Positions 30,621-39,236 of a stretch of DNA of 64,000 nt are shown in pieces. The notes below the pieces were generated by a model. That model did not search any database, had not been told where the DNA came from, and worked only from the letters and a program-made list of their open reading frames with translations. Origin of the DNA: Minisyncoccota bacterium (GTDB lineage: Bacteria > Patescibacteriota > Minisyncoccia > Moranbacterales > GCA-2747515); contig CALDDM010000002.1 in assembly GCA_937936355.1 (NCBI GenBank), positions 93,173 to 157,172 on the forward strand, read 5' to 3'. Within the stretch, counting starts at the first letter, position 1; each line of letters starts with the position of its first letter. A program made the position numbers and the translations under genes.

Positions 30621-30770
30621 TTGACAAATATTAGAAAATATGTATAATTCTGATATCTAGAAAATTATAAGAAAACTAGATGTAGTTGTTTAATAATGTA
30701 GTAAAGTGATAGTGCACCATAGTGGTGCTTTTACCCCAAGAAACGAGTCTCCGGGCTCGGAGGTTAAAAA
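30621..30770 (+). promoter_or_regulatory. Sigma70-type promoter and structured leader, cassette 3
   Basis: TTGACA(30621)-16-TATAAT; hairpin ATCTAG/CTAGAT 30655-30681; GTTGTTTAATA 30685-30695; GCACCA/TGGTGC hairpin; CGAGTC..GGCTCG hairpin overlapping a GGAGG SD. Confidence 0.8.
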
Positions 30771-31100
30771 ATGAAAAGATATATAAGAAAGACGCTGATT
30801 TCACTGATTGTGATTGTAGGCATGACTGGCATTGCGCAAGCATCTTGTCCGAAAGGTTTTACGCAATCGCAATGTGATGCCGATAAAATGCCGGCATTTG
30901 GCGCGGGTGTAAATATAGATCGTGATGAGATCGCGCGAAGATGTGCGCACTGGCTACAAAAGATCCAGAATGCACCAGATCAGCGAGCTCGTCATTATTA
31001 TGAGATTTATCATGCTAGCTGCCAGCAAGCAGTTCTCGAAGAGCAGTTTAGTGCTGGCGGATGGACGATGGGCCAGCCGTACAATGGTCAAGGAAACTGA
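30771..31100 (+). CDS. Hypothetical small secreted protein with 4 Cys
   Basis: Sec signal peptide ending AQA-S, strong SD GGAGG, four Cys in the mature part. Confidence 0.8.
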   Translation: MKRYIRKTLISLIVIVGMTGIAQASCPKGFTQSQCDADKMPAFGAGVNIDRDEIARRCAHWLQKIQNAPDQRARHYYEIYHASCQQAVLEEQFSAGGWTMGQPYNGQGN

Positions 31101-31101
31101 T

Positions 31102-31374
31102 ATGAAAAATAAATCAAAACAACCTCTTGATTGGTCTGAAGGCTTTAAATTTGCACTCAAAGAAACAACGAAGGCGGCGATTATTGTTGCAGTTTGCGTA
31201 GCTTTGGCACTTTTTTTGTTTTCTGATGTATTGCTCGCTAGTGAATATGGAAGTGGTCTTCCTGGTGAAGACATGCGAAATGCCATTCTCGGGAAAAATT
31301 GGCCTAAGTGGGTTCCAGGTCTCATGATCTTTGGTTTTATTTGCGCTGTTATACATGGTCTCTTTAGAAAGTAG
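31102..31374 (+). CDS. Hypothetical 2-TM membrane protein (90 aa)
   Basis: ATG one base after the upstream stop, with AAGGA upstream. MKNKSKQPLDW... contains two hydrophobic helices. Trimmed from ORF 30922..31374. Confidence 0.68.
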   Translation: MKNKSKQPLDWSEGFKFALKETTKAAIIVAVCVALALFLFSDVLLASEYGSGLPGEDMRNAILGKNWPKWVPGLMIFGFICAVIHGLFRK

Positions 31375-31422
31375 GCACCTGTATCTGATAGGCAATGATC
31401 AAATTTAAATGGGATTAAGAAA

Positions 31423-31806
31423 ATGAGAAAAATTCTTATCATTCTGGCGCTTTGTGTTGGCGTTATCTATGGTGAAAAAGGAGACGGTCCTGCTACGAGC
31501 TTTGCAGAAAGCGTGGTACCGACTGTGGAAAAATTACTTTTACCGATTGCGAGCTATCTCGGTCAAAAGAACTATACTGATCAGCGTGTAGCACAAGATG
31601 CTCGTTCACCTGTAACAGATTATCGTACTGCTCAGCAGTCGGGTAATGCAGGGTGGGGCTCTGTGCAACAAAGTACATTCTGTGAATGCATACGGATGTT
31701 TGTTGCGCAGAACAGTCATGTATACTCCTCTAAAACGGAGTTGCTTGATACAGCAGTTTCTTACTGCGAATATGACTTTGGGCCACGGACGGCCTGTCGA
31801 TTGTAA
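31423..31806 (+). CDS. Hypothetical small secreted protein with a 4-Cys C-terminal domain
   Basis: Signal-like MRKILIILALCVGVIYG; C-terminal FCEC...YC...AC. Confidence 0.72.
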   Translation: MRKILIILALCVGVIYGEKGDGPATSFAESVVPTVEKLLLPIASYLGQKNYTDQRVAQDARSPVTDYRTAQQSGNAGWGSVQQSTFCECIRMFVAQNSHVYSSKTELLDTAVSYCEYDFGPRTACRL

Positions 31807-31857
31807 GGATGCACTATTAGAAAAAGAATAATAAGATAGACAGAAAAGATTAAATTC

Positions 31858-31889
31858 GCAGCCAGTGATTCACTGGCTGCTTTCTTTTT
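31858..31889 (+). terminator. Intrinsic terminator
   Basis: GCAGCCAGTGA-T-TCACTGGCTGC followed by TTTCTTTTT. Confidence 0.85.
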
Positions 31890-31942
31890 GTTGCATTTAA
31901 CTTTATTCTCCGTGATACAATGGATAATTATAAGTCTTTCAT

Positions 31943-33784
31943 GTGACAGCTATGGAGAGGATGTTGCAGCCACTTCTAGACCGCGAGAATTTGACTACGC
32001 CAGCCCAGGAGGGTTTAGATGTTTCTGCACGGAAGAATTTGGCATTTTCTTTGGATCGATCAGGCACTGATCATTTCCCGCGTAAAAAAAATGAAGCTCG
32101 ACATGAGCATCGGACGTTGCTGTATGAAAAAGAGTGGCGTGCTGCTGAGGATTTGTGGTCACTCTATGAATACATAGAGAGTTTGCAGGATGAAAATCTC
32201 GAAGAGATTTCAATTGGTTTGCGTGGAAAGATTCTTGAAGCTCTGGAGGATCGAGATGTGCCGTTTATGCGGTGGCAGGAATATCGTGCTGTTCGTGGAT
32301 CATATAATGATGGAGAAAGTTCTCCAGAAGTGAGTCATCGGTACAAAGAATTACGAAAAGATCCTGATATTTGCTTTAAGGAGCATCTCGCTGGTTTTTA
32401 TGAGAATATAATGGGGAAAGCTGAGACTGTTGCGCGCATCAAAGCCTTGCCGTACGAGGAACAGGTTACGGAAATCGCAAAGATTATTGGTGAGGGTCTT
32501 TTTGAGTCAGGCTCAGGGGATCATGAAAAGAGATTGGCTTATGTGCGAGAGTTGATTTATTCTATGCCCAATAGAATTCTCATCGAATATTTTGACGTCG
32601 ACTATGAGGAGGGCATAGAAGAGGTCTTATCTGGAGATTGGGCGAATAATCATACTGTGCAAGAGCTGGTTTTTCAAGCGCTTGATATTCAGGATGTAGA
32701 TTTTTCTGGCGTCAATGTAGATGTGCAAGTGGGTAATTTGCCAAATAGGGCGCTTGGCATACAATTTTCAGAATCTCCCATAACGTTGTTGAAGGACTTA
32801 GATCAAGTGGAACGATCTTCTGAGGTTCGTCTGCATGAGCATTTACATAATTATTTGGAGTTTTTACAGATGGGGAGCCTGCCGTATGTAGAAAGATTTT
32901 TTTCCGCTGTAGAATTTGATGTTACAGATGAGTTGAGCGTGCTACGAGCACGTGATCATTGTATGGAGAAGCTGCGTGCTATAGTGCAGGATTTATCTGA
33001 AGAGTTTTTGGTACAAATGGGAGGTGACCCGCAGAAATTTATGCAGGCTTTGACTGTTTATGTCGAAGAATTTCTAGAGGTTTTGGAGTCTGATGTTGTG
33101 CGGCAGGACTTGACTGATGAAAAGCTGGTTGTCGCGCAGTTGGGTCTGGATCGAGAAAGGGCTGCAGAAGACATCAAAGGACAGTTAAAAGACACTTTTC
33201 AGTATTACGCTGATACGTTTTATGTCGCTCAGAAATGTGATGTTCTTGATGAGGTGTGTGGTCTGACAGTTATTCATCATGCTGGTAATCCTGAGCGGAT
33301 ATTTAAGGCATTGGCGCATGAGGTTGGTCGTAAAAAAGCACTTCTGTTGCGTCAGGTGCGCGCTCTTGAGAGTCCGGAATTCTTTGAGAATGATGGTGGC
33401 TTTGGTGAATTTGGCACAGGGTATGATTTCTCAGATCCTCGTAAATGGTTTCAGGACGAAGAGTTTCTCCAAGGTGTTGTAAGGGATGTGCAGGGGATTT
33501 CAGGAGAGGAGCGATCATTTTTTTCGCAGATAGAGATTGACCCTAATAGTGTGATCTCACGAGAGGTGATGCCAGAAATTACAATTGAGGATTTTGAGCG
33601 TACGCAGTCTGCAATGGATCAGCTGAAAAGTCTTGGTTTTATGCCGCAATTATACGAGTATGTCCATGAGCATTATGATGATTTGTTGCAGGAACAAGAA
33701 GGTCAGGAGGGTGTCTCCGAGCAATCTGCGCACTTATTAGATGACTTAGAAGATGGCTTAGAGCTTGGTACGCGGAAATACTAA
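31943..33784 (+). CDS. Hypothetical acidic protein with an HExxH motif
   Basis: 613-aa open frame, Glu/Asp rich, with VRLHEHLHNY. The start may be ATG 31952. Confidence 0.75.
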   Translation: MTAMERMLQPLLDRENLTTPAQEGLDVSARKNLAFSLDRSGTDHFPRKKNEARHEHRTLLYEKEWRAAEDLWSLYEYIESLQDENLEEISIGLRGKILEALEDRDVPFMRWQEYRAVRGSYNDGESSPEVSHRYKELRKDPDICFKEHLAGFYENIMGKAETVARIKALPYEEQVTEIAKIIGEGLFESGSGDHEKRLAYVRELIYSMPNRILIEYFDVDYEEGIEEVLSGDWANNHTVQELVFQALDIQDVDFSGVNVDVQVGNLPNRALGIQFSESPITLLKDLDQVERSSEVRLHEHLHNYLEFLQMGSLPYVERFFSAVEFDVTDELSVLRARDHCMEKLRAIVQDLSEEFLVQMGGDPQKFMQALTVYVEEFLEVLESDVVRQDLTDEKLVVAQLGLDRERAAEDIKGQLKDTFQYYADTFYVAQKCDVLDEVCGLTVIHHAGNPERIFKALAHEVGRKKALLLRQVRALESPEFFENDGGFGEFGTGYDFSDPRKWFQDEEFLQGVVRDVQGISGEERSFFSQIEIDPNSVISREVMPEITIEDFERTQSAMDQLKSLGFMPQLYEYVHEHYDDLLQEQEGQEGVSEQSAHLLDDLEDGLELGTRKY

Positions 33785-33825
33785 CCGTAGCGCGGTAGGT
33801 TCTGCTTGATAATGGACCGCGCATT

Positions 33826-36800
33826 TTATCTGTGCTTTGGTACGGCGTAAATCATACCAACCTCTTTTGACTTGGGTGTGAAAAATCTCCTTGCCTTATC
33901 GATAACTTTTTCCCACAAAGATTTTTCTGTTGGTTGGATCATTTCCTTTTTTACCGTGGTCATTTTTGCCGTATTACTTGGCACGGGCTCTCCGCGCATA
34001 TTGGCCATTGCTCGTGCAATAATTGCTTCTTGCTCCTCGTCGGAAAGGTCACTGAGCTTAGGTGTGACTTTTGAGCTTTCTTTTTGCGCAGAACTCCAGG
34101 TCCATGTTTTTTCATTTTTTGTATAAGACACCCCTTCTGGAATTGTGTTTGCAAATTCGTAATCATATTCAACATCGTCAATGTTGCTACCTGTCGGTGA
34201 TCGTAGTTCCACATATCCAGCGGAGTTATTAAGAGAGATTGCGCTGTGCTTCTTTGTGATGTACTTTGATTCACCTGGCTTTAGACTAAAGGATTTTTTG
34301 AGTGGATGATTGCGAGCACTCTCTTCGTCTTTTCCTGTTGCAATGCTCCAGTCTTTTAGTTTTACTTTTTTCTTATCTTTGTTTGTGATCACAATATATT
34401 CTGCACCACTATCTTTCCCTTCTGGGTTTGGCATAATCTGAGTGATGCGAATTTTTCGCTTTGGATAAGATTTTATCTTTATATCAAATTGTTTGGTGGT
34501 TGATTCTGTGTTAGATGAGACTGTGACTGATGCTATGTATGTGCCTTTGTCTTTGTATTTATGTGTAGTGTCTTTTTTGGTGCTTTTTTTGCCATTGCCG
34601 AAGTCCCATCGTATATCTACGTCATCTTCATCTGCGCCTGAAAATTCTACTTCAAATTCTGCCGTGACATCTTTGTAGAGATTGTCTGTGTTGATGTCTG
34701 TGATGATGATCTCTTCGCCAAAGATATTTGGCCTACCGGGGGTTTGTGTTTTTGAAAATCGCCACCTCTTTCCAGTCCAGCCATATGAAATGCCTTTTGC
34801 TGCTGTGTCGTAGGCTAAAGTGCTTGCTATTTTTTCACCAGGATCGATAAGGGAGAGCGTTTCTGTTCCGGAGTTGTTGAGGGCGAATTTGTATGTATCA
34901 CGATCTACTACTTTGTACTCACCAGGGTCGATGACTTCATCGCTGAATGTGTATTTTCCTGATTTTGATCCGTCTTTTAGAGTCCATGATGATAGGTTTA
35001 CAGTGGATTGTGTAGGATTATAGAGTTCGATATATTCCACAACGCTCCCAGTTTCTGCGTCTGGGTTAGCTAGTATTTCGTTAAGAATGAGTGGTGGATA
35101 GGTATCAAGGGTTACTTCAAATGTCTCTGTTGTTGCATTGCTATCTACTCCCGCATCTGCTTCTTGTTTTTTCGATGAAGCATTGGGTGTTCCTGGTGTT
35201 GGGATTAGGGCTTGGACGAGGTTTTCTTTTAAATCTAATCTTTCTCGAATGAGACTCACGCCTTTGGTGGTCTCGCTGTATGAGACTCTATCTTTCTCAT
35301 TTTCATTTGGAGCGATAAGCGTGAGGAACTCTTCACCGGAATTGTTGAGTGCAAATGTAAAGGTCGGTTTTTCTATTGCTATATAGGCACCAGCCGCTAT
35401 AAGATCGTCGTCTTCAAAGGTGTACTTTCCTGATGCGGATCCGTCTTTTAGCATCCATCCGCTTAGGGATATGTCCCGTGCGTTGGGATTGTAGAGTTCG
35501 ATGAACTCTTTGGCAAATGAGCTCTCATCATCAGGGTTGGGGAGGATTTCTGAGATGATGATAGCAGGGTAGATGGCGAGAATTTCAGTTGATGACTCTG
35601 TCTTTGGAGTGTTCTCATCAGTGATCTTGTCACTTTCTTTTTCCTCGGTAAAAATATTTTCTTCTCCAGGTGTCAGGGTTGTGGTCTGTGCCCATGTGCC
35701 AGTATTCCTATCAAAGCTGAGGCTTATGTCTTCGAGGGCTGTGGTATAGGTTACTTCTGACTTTACCTTCTCATCAGGACTTTGTAGTGTTACGGTCTCT
35801 GTGCCGGAATTATTAAGAGCGATTTTGGATTTTTCTCTGTACAATACACTGTATGATTGGGGTTGTACTGTAAGGTCTTGGATTGTATGCTTTCCCGATA
35901 TAGAAGCATCGCTTAGTATCCACCCTGCTAGATCGATAGTGCTTTCGTTTGGATTGTAGAATTCAACAAATTCACCTTGAATATCTTCTCCCGCAGGATT
36001 GGCGAGAACTTCTGTGAGGATGATTTCTGCAAATGGACCTGTTTGTGTTACTTGTTGATCGGCAGGCGCGTTGTTTTGATTGCTACTATCTTGGCTAGCG
36101 CTTTCACTGCTTTGACTTTGCTCAGTGGCTTGTGATGTGATAATGTTCTCACTTTCTGGTGTTGGCGTTGTCGTGACGGTCCATACTCCATCTATTTTGC
36201 TGTAAGAACTACCTTCAGAGATGTTAGTGTATGTCTGTTTGTCAGAGAGGGATCCGTCTGGTTTAGTCAGGGTGACTGTTTCATCGCCTGTGTTGTTGAG
36301 CGCGAAGCCAAATATGCTCCTGTAAACCGTCAGAAGGCTTTTTGGAGCTATCGTATCATTGCTGTCTAGTGCGTGCCGTCCACCTGCTGATGCGTCGCTG
36401 AGTGTCCAGTCTTTTAGTGTCACCTCTGTATCTGATGGATTATACAGCTCGATAAATTCACTTTCTGCATCACTGCCTGGTGGGTTGGGATAGATTTCAC
36501 TTAGTGTAATATCTGGGAGTTCTGCAGCAGGTGTGAGTGAGGTTATTTTTGCGGTAGTTTTGACCTCACTTTCATTTTGTGCTGTTTTGATACCATCACT
36601 TTCTGGTGCACATTGTAGGACTTGTATGATGTTTGGTGCGTTTGGTGTGAGTGTGTTGGAAGGACTTTGTGTTTTATCTGAGGTTGAGAAATTGAGGCTT
36701 CGTCCTTCTTGTGGTGCTGTAAATTTTACATGTGCTATGATTTCGTCTTGTGCATTTTTGAGGGTGACTGTCTCATCACCTGTGTTGTTGAGCGCGAAGC

Positions 36801-38187
36801 CAAAGTCGCTGCGAAATATTGTCTTGTGCTCTCCTGTCCTAATGGTAGCGTCAATAGGGAATTTATAGGCGCCTTTACTTGCGTCGCTTATCGACCAATC
36901 TGCTATCGAGACATCGTAATCATTTGAATTATGAAGCTCGATATACTCACCTGTTGTATCTGCCCCAATCGGGTTGGGAAGTACTTCGTTGATGGTGATG
37001 TTGGTTGTAGTGCCTCCATCTACCTCTTCTTCATCAGCTTTGGTATTATTGTCATTGTTTGAGATGGTGTTTGTGGTTTTAGTATCTTCTGTTTCCTCAC
37101 TGCTTTCATTTTCTTCACCGACTTTTATCCCCTCATTTGCTGTAAAGACATTTTGTGCACCTGGCGTTGGTGTCGTCGTAGTCTCGAGATTACCATCAGT
37201 GGTTAGTTTTGTACGTGCTTGCGACGTGCCCTCCGGTGTGTCACTAAAACTGATTGTGTCGCTTGTTTCGCCCAAAGGGTTTTGTAGTGTGATCGTTTCC
37301 TTGTCGGTGTTGTTGAGGGCAAAGATAAAGTCGCTGCGCATGAGTATGAGATATCCTGCTGCTGGCACTGTAAGCTCTGCTAGTGACTGGGGTTTGTCAC
37401 TTGCATCTACTAGCGTCCAGTCTGTCAGTGTCTGTGGCGAATTTGATGGATTATAGAGCTCGATAAACTCACCTTCCGCATCGCTGCCTTGTGGGTTAGG
37501 CAGTGCCTCTGAGATAATGATTGCTGGATATGTTATGGGTTCCGATGTGCTGTTGTTAGAGTTGTCCTGAGCACTTCCATTTTCTGTGTCACTCGCATTG
37601 TCTGTTGTGTTTTCTATATTGGTGTTGTTCGACTCTTCGACAATATCGCTTTGTGTGCTGTCTTTTTCCTCAAGATCTTCTTGTGTGCTGGTTTCTTGTA
37701 CATGCTCAGATCCAGGTGTGGGATCATGGAGCTCGGGTGTGCTGGACTTTTCGCTGCGATTCCAAGACTTGCCTTCGGTAGAGCTTGTGAATGTTAGTGT
37801 GTCGATGACTGTTCCATCTGCTGTGGTGAGAAAGATGTCGTCTCCAGTGTTGTTGAGTGCAAATGTAAAGTCGGCACTATGTGTGAGGACTGCGTATGAG
37901 AGTGGGGAGATTATAAAGCCCTCTGCAAATGTGTATGAACCTCTACCTGTGCGATCATTTATCGATATGTCAGATAGATCGATAGGTGTTTCACTTGCGT
38001 TGTGAATTTCGATAAATTCATTGCCGCTATCAGCTCCTGTGGGGTTTGGTAATGCTTCTGAGATGTAGAGATCTGTATATTGAGAAGATGATTCCTGTGC
38101 TTGTGCTGTATGAGTGAGCGCGATGTAGGTCGCTATGAAAGCAGCGAATGCATAAATTGCTAGTGTGCTTTTTGATTTGATATCCAT
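33826..38187 (-). CDS. Large exported protein with 8 lamin-tail domains (LTD) and a PKD domain
   Basis: Signal peptide (AQA-Q). Eight repeats of I(S/N/T)E.(L/Y)PNP.G.D...E(F/Y)IELYN...FALNN.G.E...TPG. PKD motif WDFGNG...THKYKDKGTY lies before the last repeat. Confidence 0.9.
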   Translation of the reverse strand: MDIKSKSTLAIYAFAAFIATYIALTHTAQAQESSSQYTDLYISEALPNPTGADSGNEFIEIHNASETPIDLSDISINDRTGRGSYTFAEGFIISPLSYAVLTHSADFTFALNNTGDDIFLTTADGTVIDTLTFTSSTEGKSWNRSEKSSTPELHDPTPGSEHVQETSTQEDLEEKDSTQSDIVEESNNTNIENTTDNASDTENGSAQDNSNNSTSEPITYPAIIISEALPNPQGSDAEGEFIELYNPSNSPQTLTDWTLVDASDKPQSLAELTVPAAGYLILMRSDFIFALNNTDKETITLQNPLGETSDTISFSDTPEGTSQARTKLTTDGNLETTTTPTPGAQNVFTANEGIKVGEENESSEETEDTKTTNTISNNDNNTKADEEEVDGGTTTNITINEVLPNPIGADTTGEYIELHNSNDYDVSIADWSISDASKGAYKFPIDATIRTGEHKTIFRSDFGFALNNTGDETVTLKNAQDEIIAHVKFTAPQEGRSLNFSTSDKTQSPSNTLTPNAPNIIQVLQCAPESDGIKTAQNESEVKTTAKITSLTPAAELPDITLSEIYPNPPGSDAESEFIELYNPSDTEVTLKDWTLSDASAGGRHALDSNDTIAPKSLLTVYRSIFGFALNNTGDETVTLTKPDGSLSDKQTYTNISEGSSYSKIDGVWTVTTTPTPESENIITSQATEQSQSSESASQDSSNQNNAPADQQVTQTGPFAEIILTEVLANPAGEDIQGEFVEFYNPNESTIDLAGWILSDASISGKHTIQDLTVQPQSYSVLYREKSKIALNNSGTETVTLQSPDEKVKSEVTYTTALEDISLSFDRNTGTWAQTTTLTPGEENIFTEEKESDKITDENTPKTESSTEILAIYPAIIISEILPNPDDESSFAKEFIELYNPNARDISLSGWMLKDGSASGKYTFEDDDLIAAGAYIAIEKPTFTFALNNSGEEFLTLIAPNENEKDRVSYSETTKGVSLIRERLDLKENLVQALIPTPGTPNASSKKQEADAGVDSNATTETFEVTLDTYPPLILNEILANPDAETGSVVEYIELYNPTQSTVNLSSWTLKDGSKSGKYTFSDEVIDPGEYKVVDRDTYKFALNNSGTETLSLIDPGEKIASTLAYDTAAKGISYGWTGKRWRFSKTQTPGRPNIFGEEIIITDINTDNLYKDVTAEFEVEFSGADEDDVDIRWDFGNGKKSTKKDTTHKYKDKGTYIASVTVSSNTESTTKQFDIKIKSYPKRKIRITQIMPNPEGKDSGAEYIVITNKDKKKVKLKDWSIATGKDEESARNHPLKKSFSLKPGESKYITKKHSAISLNNSAGYVELRSPTGSNIDDVEYDYEFANTIPEGVSYTKNEKTWTWSSAQKESSKVTPKLSDLSDEEQEAIIARAMANMRGEPVPSNTAKMTTVKKEMIQPTEKSLWEKVIDKARRFFTPKSKEVGMIYAVPKHR

Positions 38188-38355
38188 GTTAAAAATTACC
38201 GTCTTCTCCTCCGCGTACTGTTGTATTTTTATGTGTTATATCTACAAGCAGTTTTGCAATACGATCTTGATTCATTGATAAAAACCGACCTCATACTATA
38301 TCATATAAATTTATTTTAAGCACATACATGCTTTTTGCTATTCTCTGTATGCATG

Positions 38356-38395
38356 CAAAAAAACTGCTAGCACTTTATTTGCTGACAGTTTTTTG
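38356..38395 (-). terminator. Intrinsic terminator
   Basis: CAAAAAAACTGCTAGCA-N7-TGCTGACAGTTTTTTG just past the stop of 38410..39000. Confidence 0.6.
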
Positions 38396-38409
38396 TGGTG
38401 GGCTTATTT

Positions 38410-39000
38410 TTAATCGTGTGCTATCTCGTGGTCAACTTGTTCTTTCTTTATGGCTTCGGGGTGCGCACGTTTGGAGATAGCCTGGCGATTCAGATGCATG
38501 ATCAGCGTTTTGATTTTTTCTGGTCTTCCTACGTGACGGAACATGAATTTTCCTTGTGAACCAGCAGTTTGTACATAGACATCGCCATAGTTGAAAATGG
38601 TTTGAATGATGCCTTGTATCTCGCTCTCCACATCTTGTATGTGTGTGTAGTCGAGCTCGCTTGTTGAGCGTGCAAAAAACCCCTTTTGTTCGACGTTGAT
38701 GACACGCGCACTTGTTATGATCCAGATATCCAAAAAATAATCCACCCAAACAAAGAAGCTGTAGAGCCATGTGACGAGGTAAAGCATTGCTGTTCCAAAA
38801 TAGATCGCTGGTATGAGCTGTGGCGTGCCATTTGCCTGCATGATGCGCGCTGCATAGATTGAGCAGGCTGTGACTAGGATGAGAAAGAAAGCTGCGATAA
38901 TGAAGCGTGACGCAAGATCAAACCAGTGTCTGTGTACGACGGCATACGTTCTCTCTTTGGTATGTGTCGTTGAGTGAATGATTTTGTCAAAATTATTCAT
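38410..39000 (-). CDS. Membrane-flanked bacterial PH-domain protein (bPH_2/DUF304-like)
   Basis: Two TM helices, then WIITSARVINVEQKGFF...IQDV...IFNYGDVYVQTAG. Confidence 0.85.
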   Translation of the reverse strand: MNNFDKIIHSTTHTKERTYAVVHRHWFDLASRFIIAAFFLILVTACSIYAARIMQANGTPQLIPAIYFGTAMLYLVTWLYSFFVWVDYFLDIWIITSARVINVEQKGFFARSTSELDYTHIQDVESEIQGIIQTIFNYGDVYVQTAGSQGKFMFRHVGRPEKIKTLIMHLNRQAISKRAHPEAIKKEQVDHEIAHD

Positions 39001-39209
39001 TAGTATTGCGTCAATTGTTCAAAGGGTATCATAGCAAATAGAGCTGTGGTGATCGTGACAAGAATGAGTGTTCCAATGATAAAAAATACTGTTGTCATCG
39101 TTGCTATCTTTTTGTCAATGGAATAGCGTTGCAAATGAAATGTGACGATGATGCATGCTATGAGTACGCATATCAGAAAAACAAAGTAGAGTAGTGCAAA
39201 AAGTTGCAT
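39000..39209 (-). CDS. Small 2-TM hypothetical protein
   Basis: 69 aa with two hydrophobic helices. The stop overlaps the next start (TAATG), and the gene follows ruvB. Confidence 0.7.
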   Translation of the reverse strand: MQLFALLYFVFLICVLIACIIVTFHLQRYSIDKKIATMTTVFFIIGTLILVTITTALFAMIPFEQLTQY

Positions 39210-39236
39210 GATATGGAGCTTTGGATTGATTTATAC

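Noticed and set aside
28350..31890. Integron cassette array
   Set aside because: The intergenic palindromes are GC stems with U-tails (terminators). They lack RYYYAAC...GTTRRRY attC boundaries, each unit has its own promoter, and no integrase is in the window.
33872..38005. Many + strand ORFs antisense to the LTD gene (and similar shadow ORFs over pilB, polA, gdh, the pseudouridine synthase and the ATP-grasp gene)
   Set aside because: They are antisense or alternate-frame shadows of well-supported genes, with Ser/Val/Leu-biased composition and no motifs.
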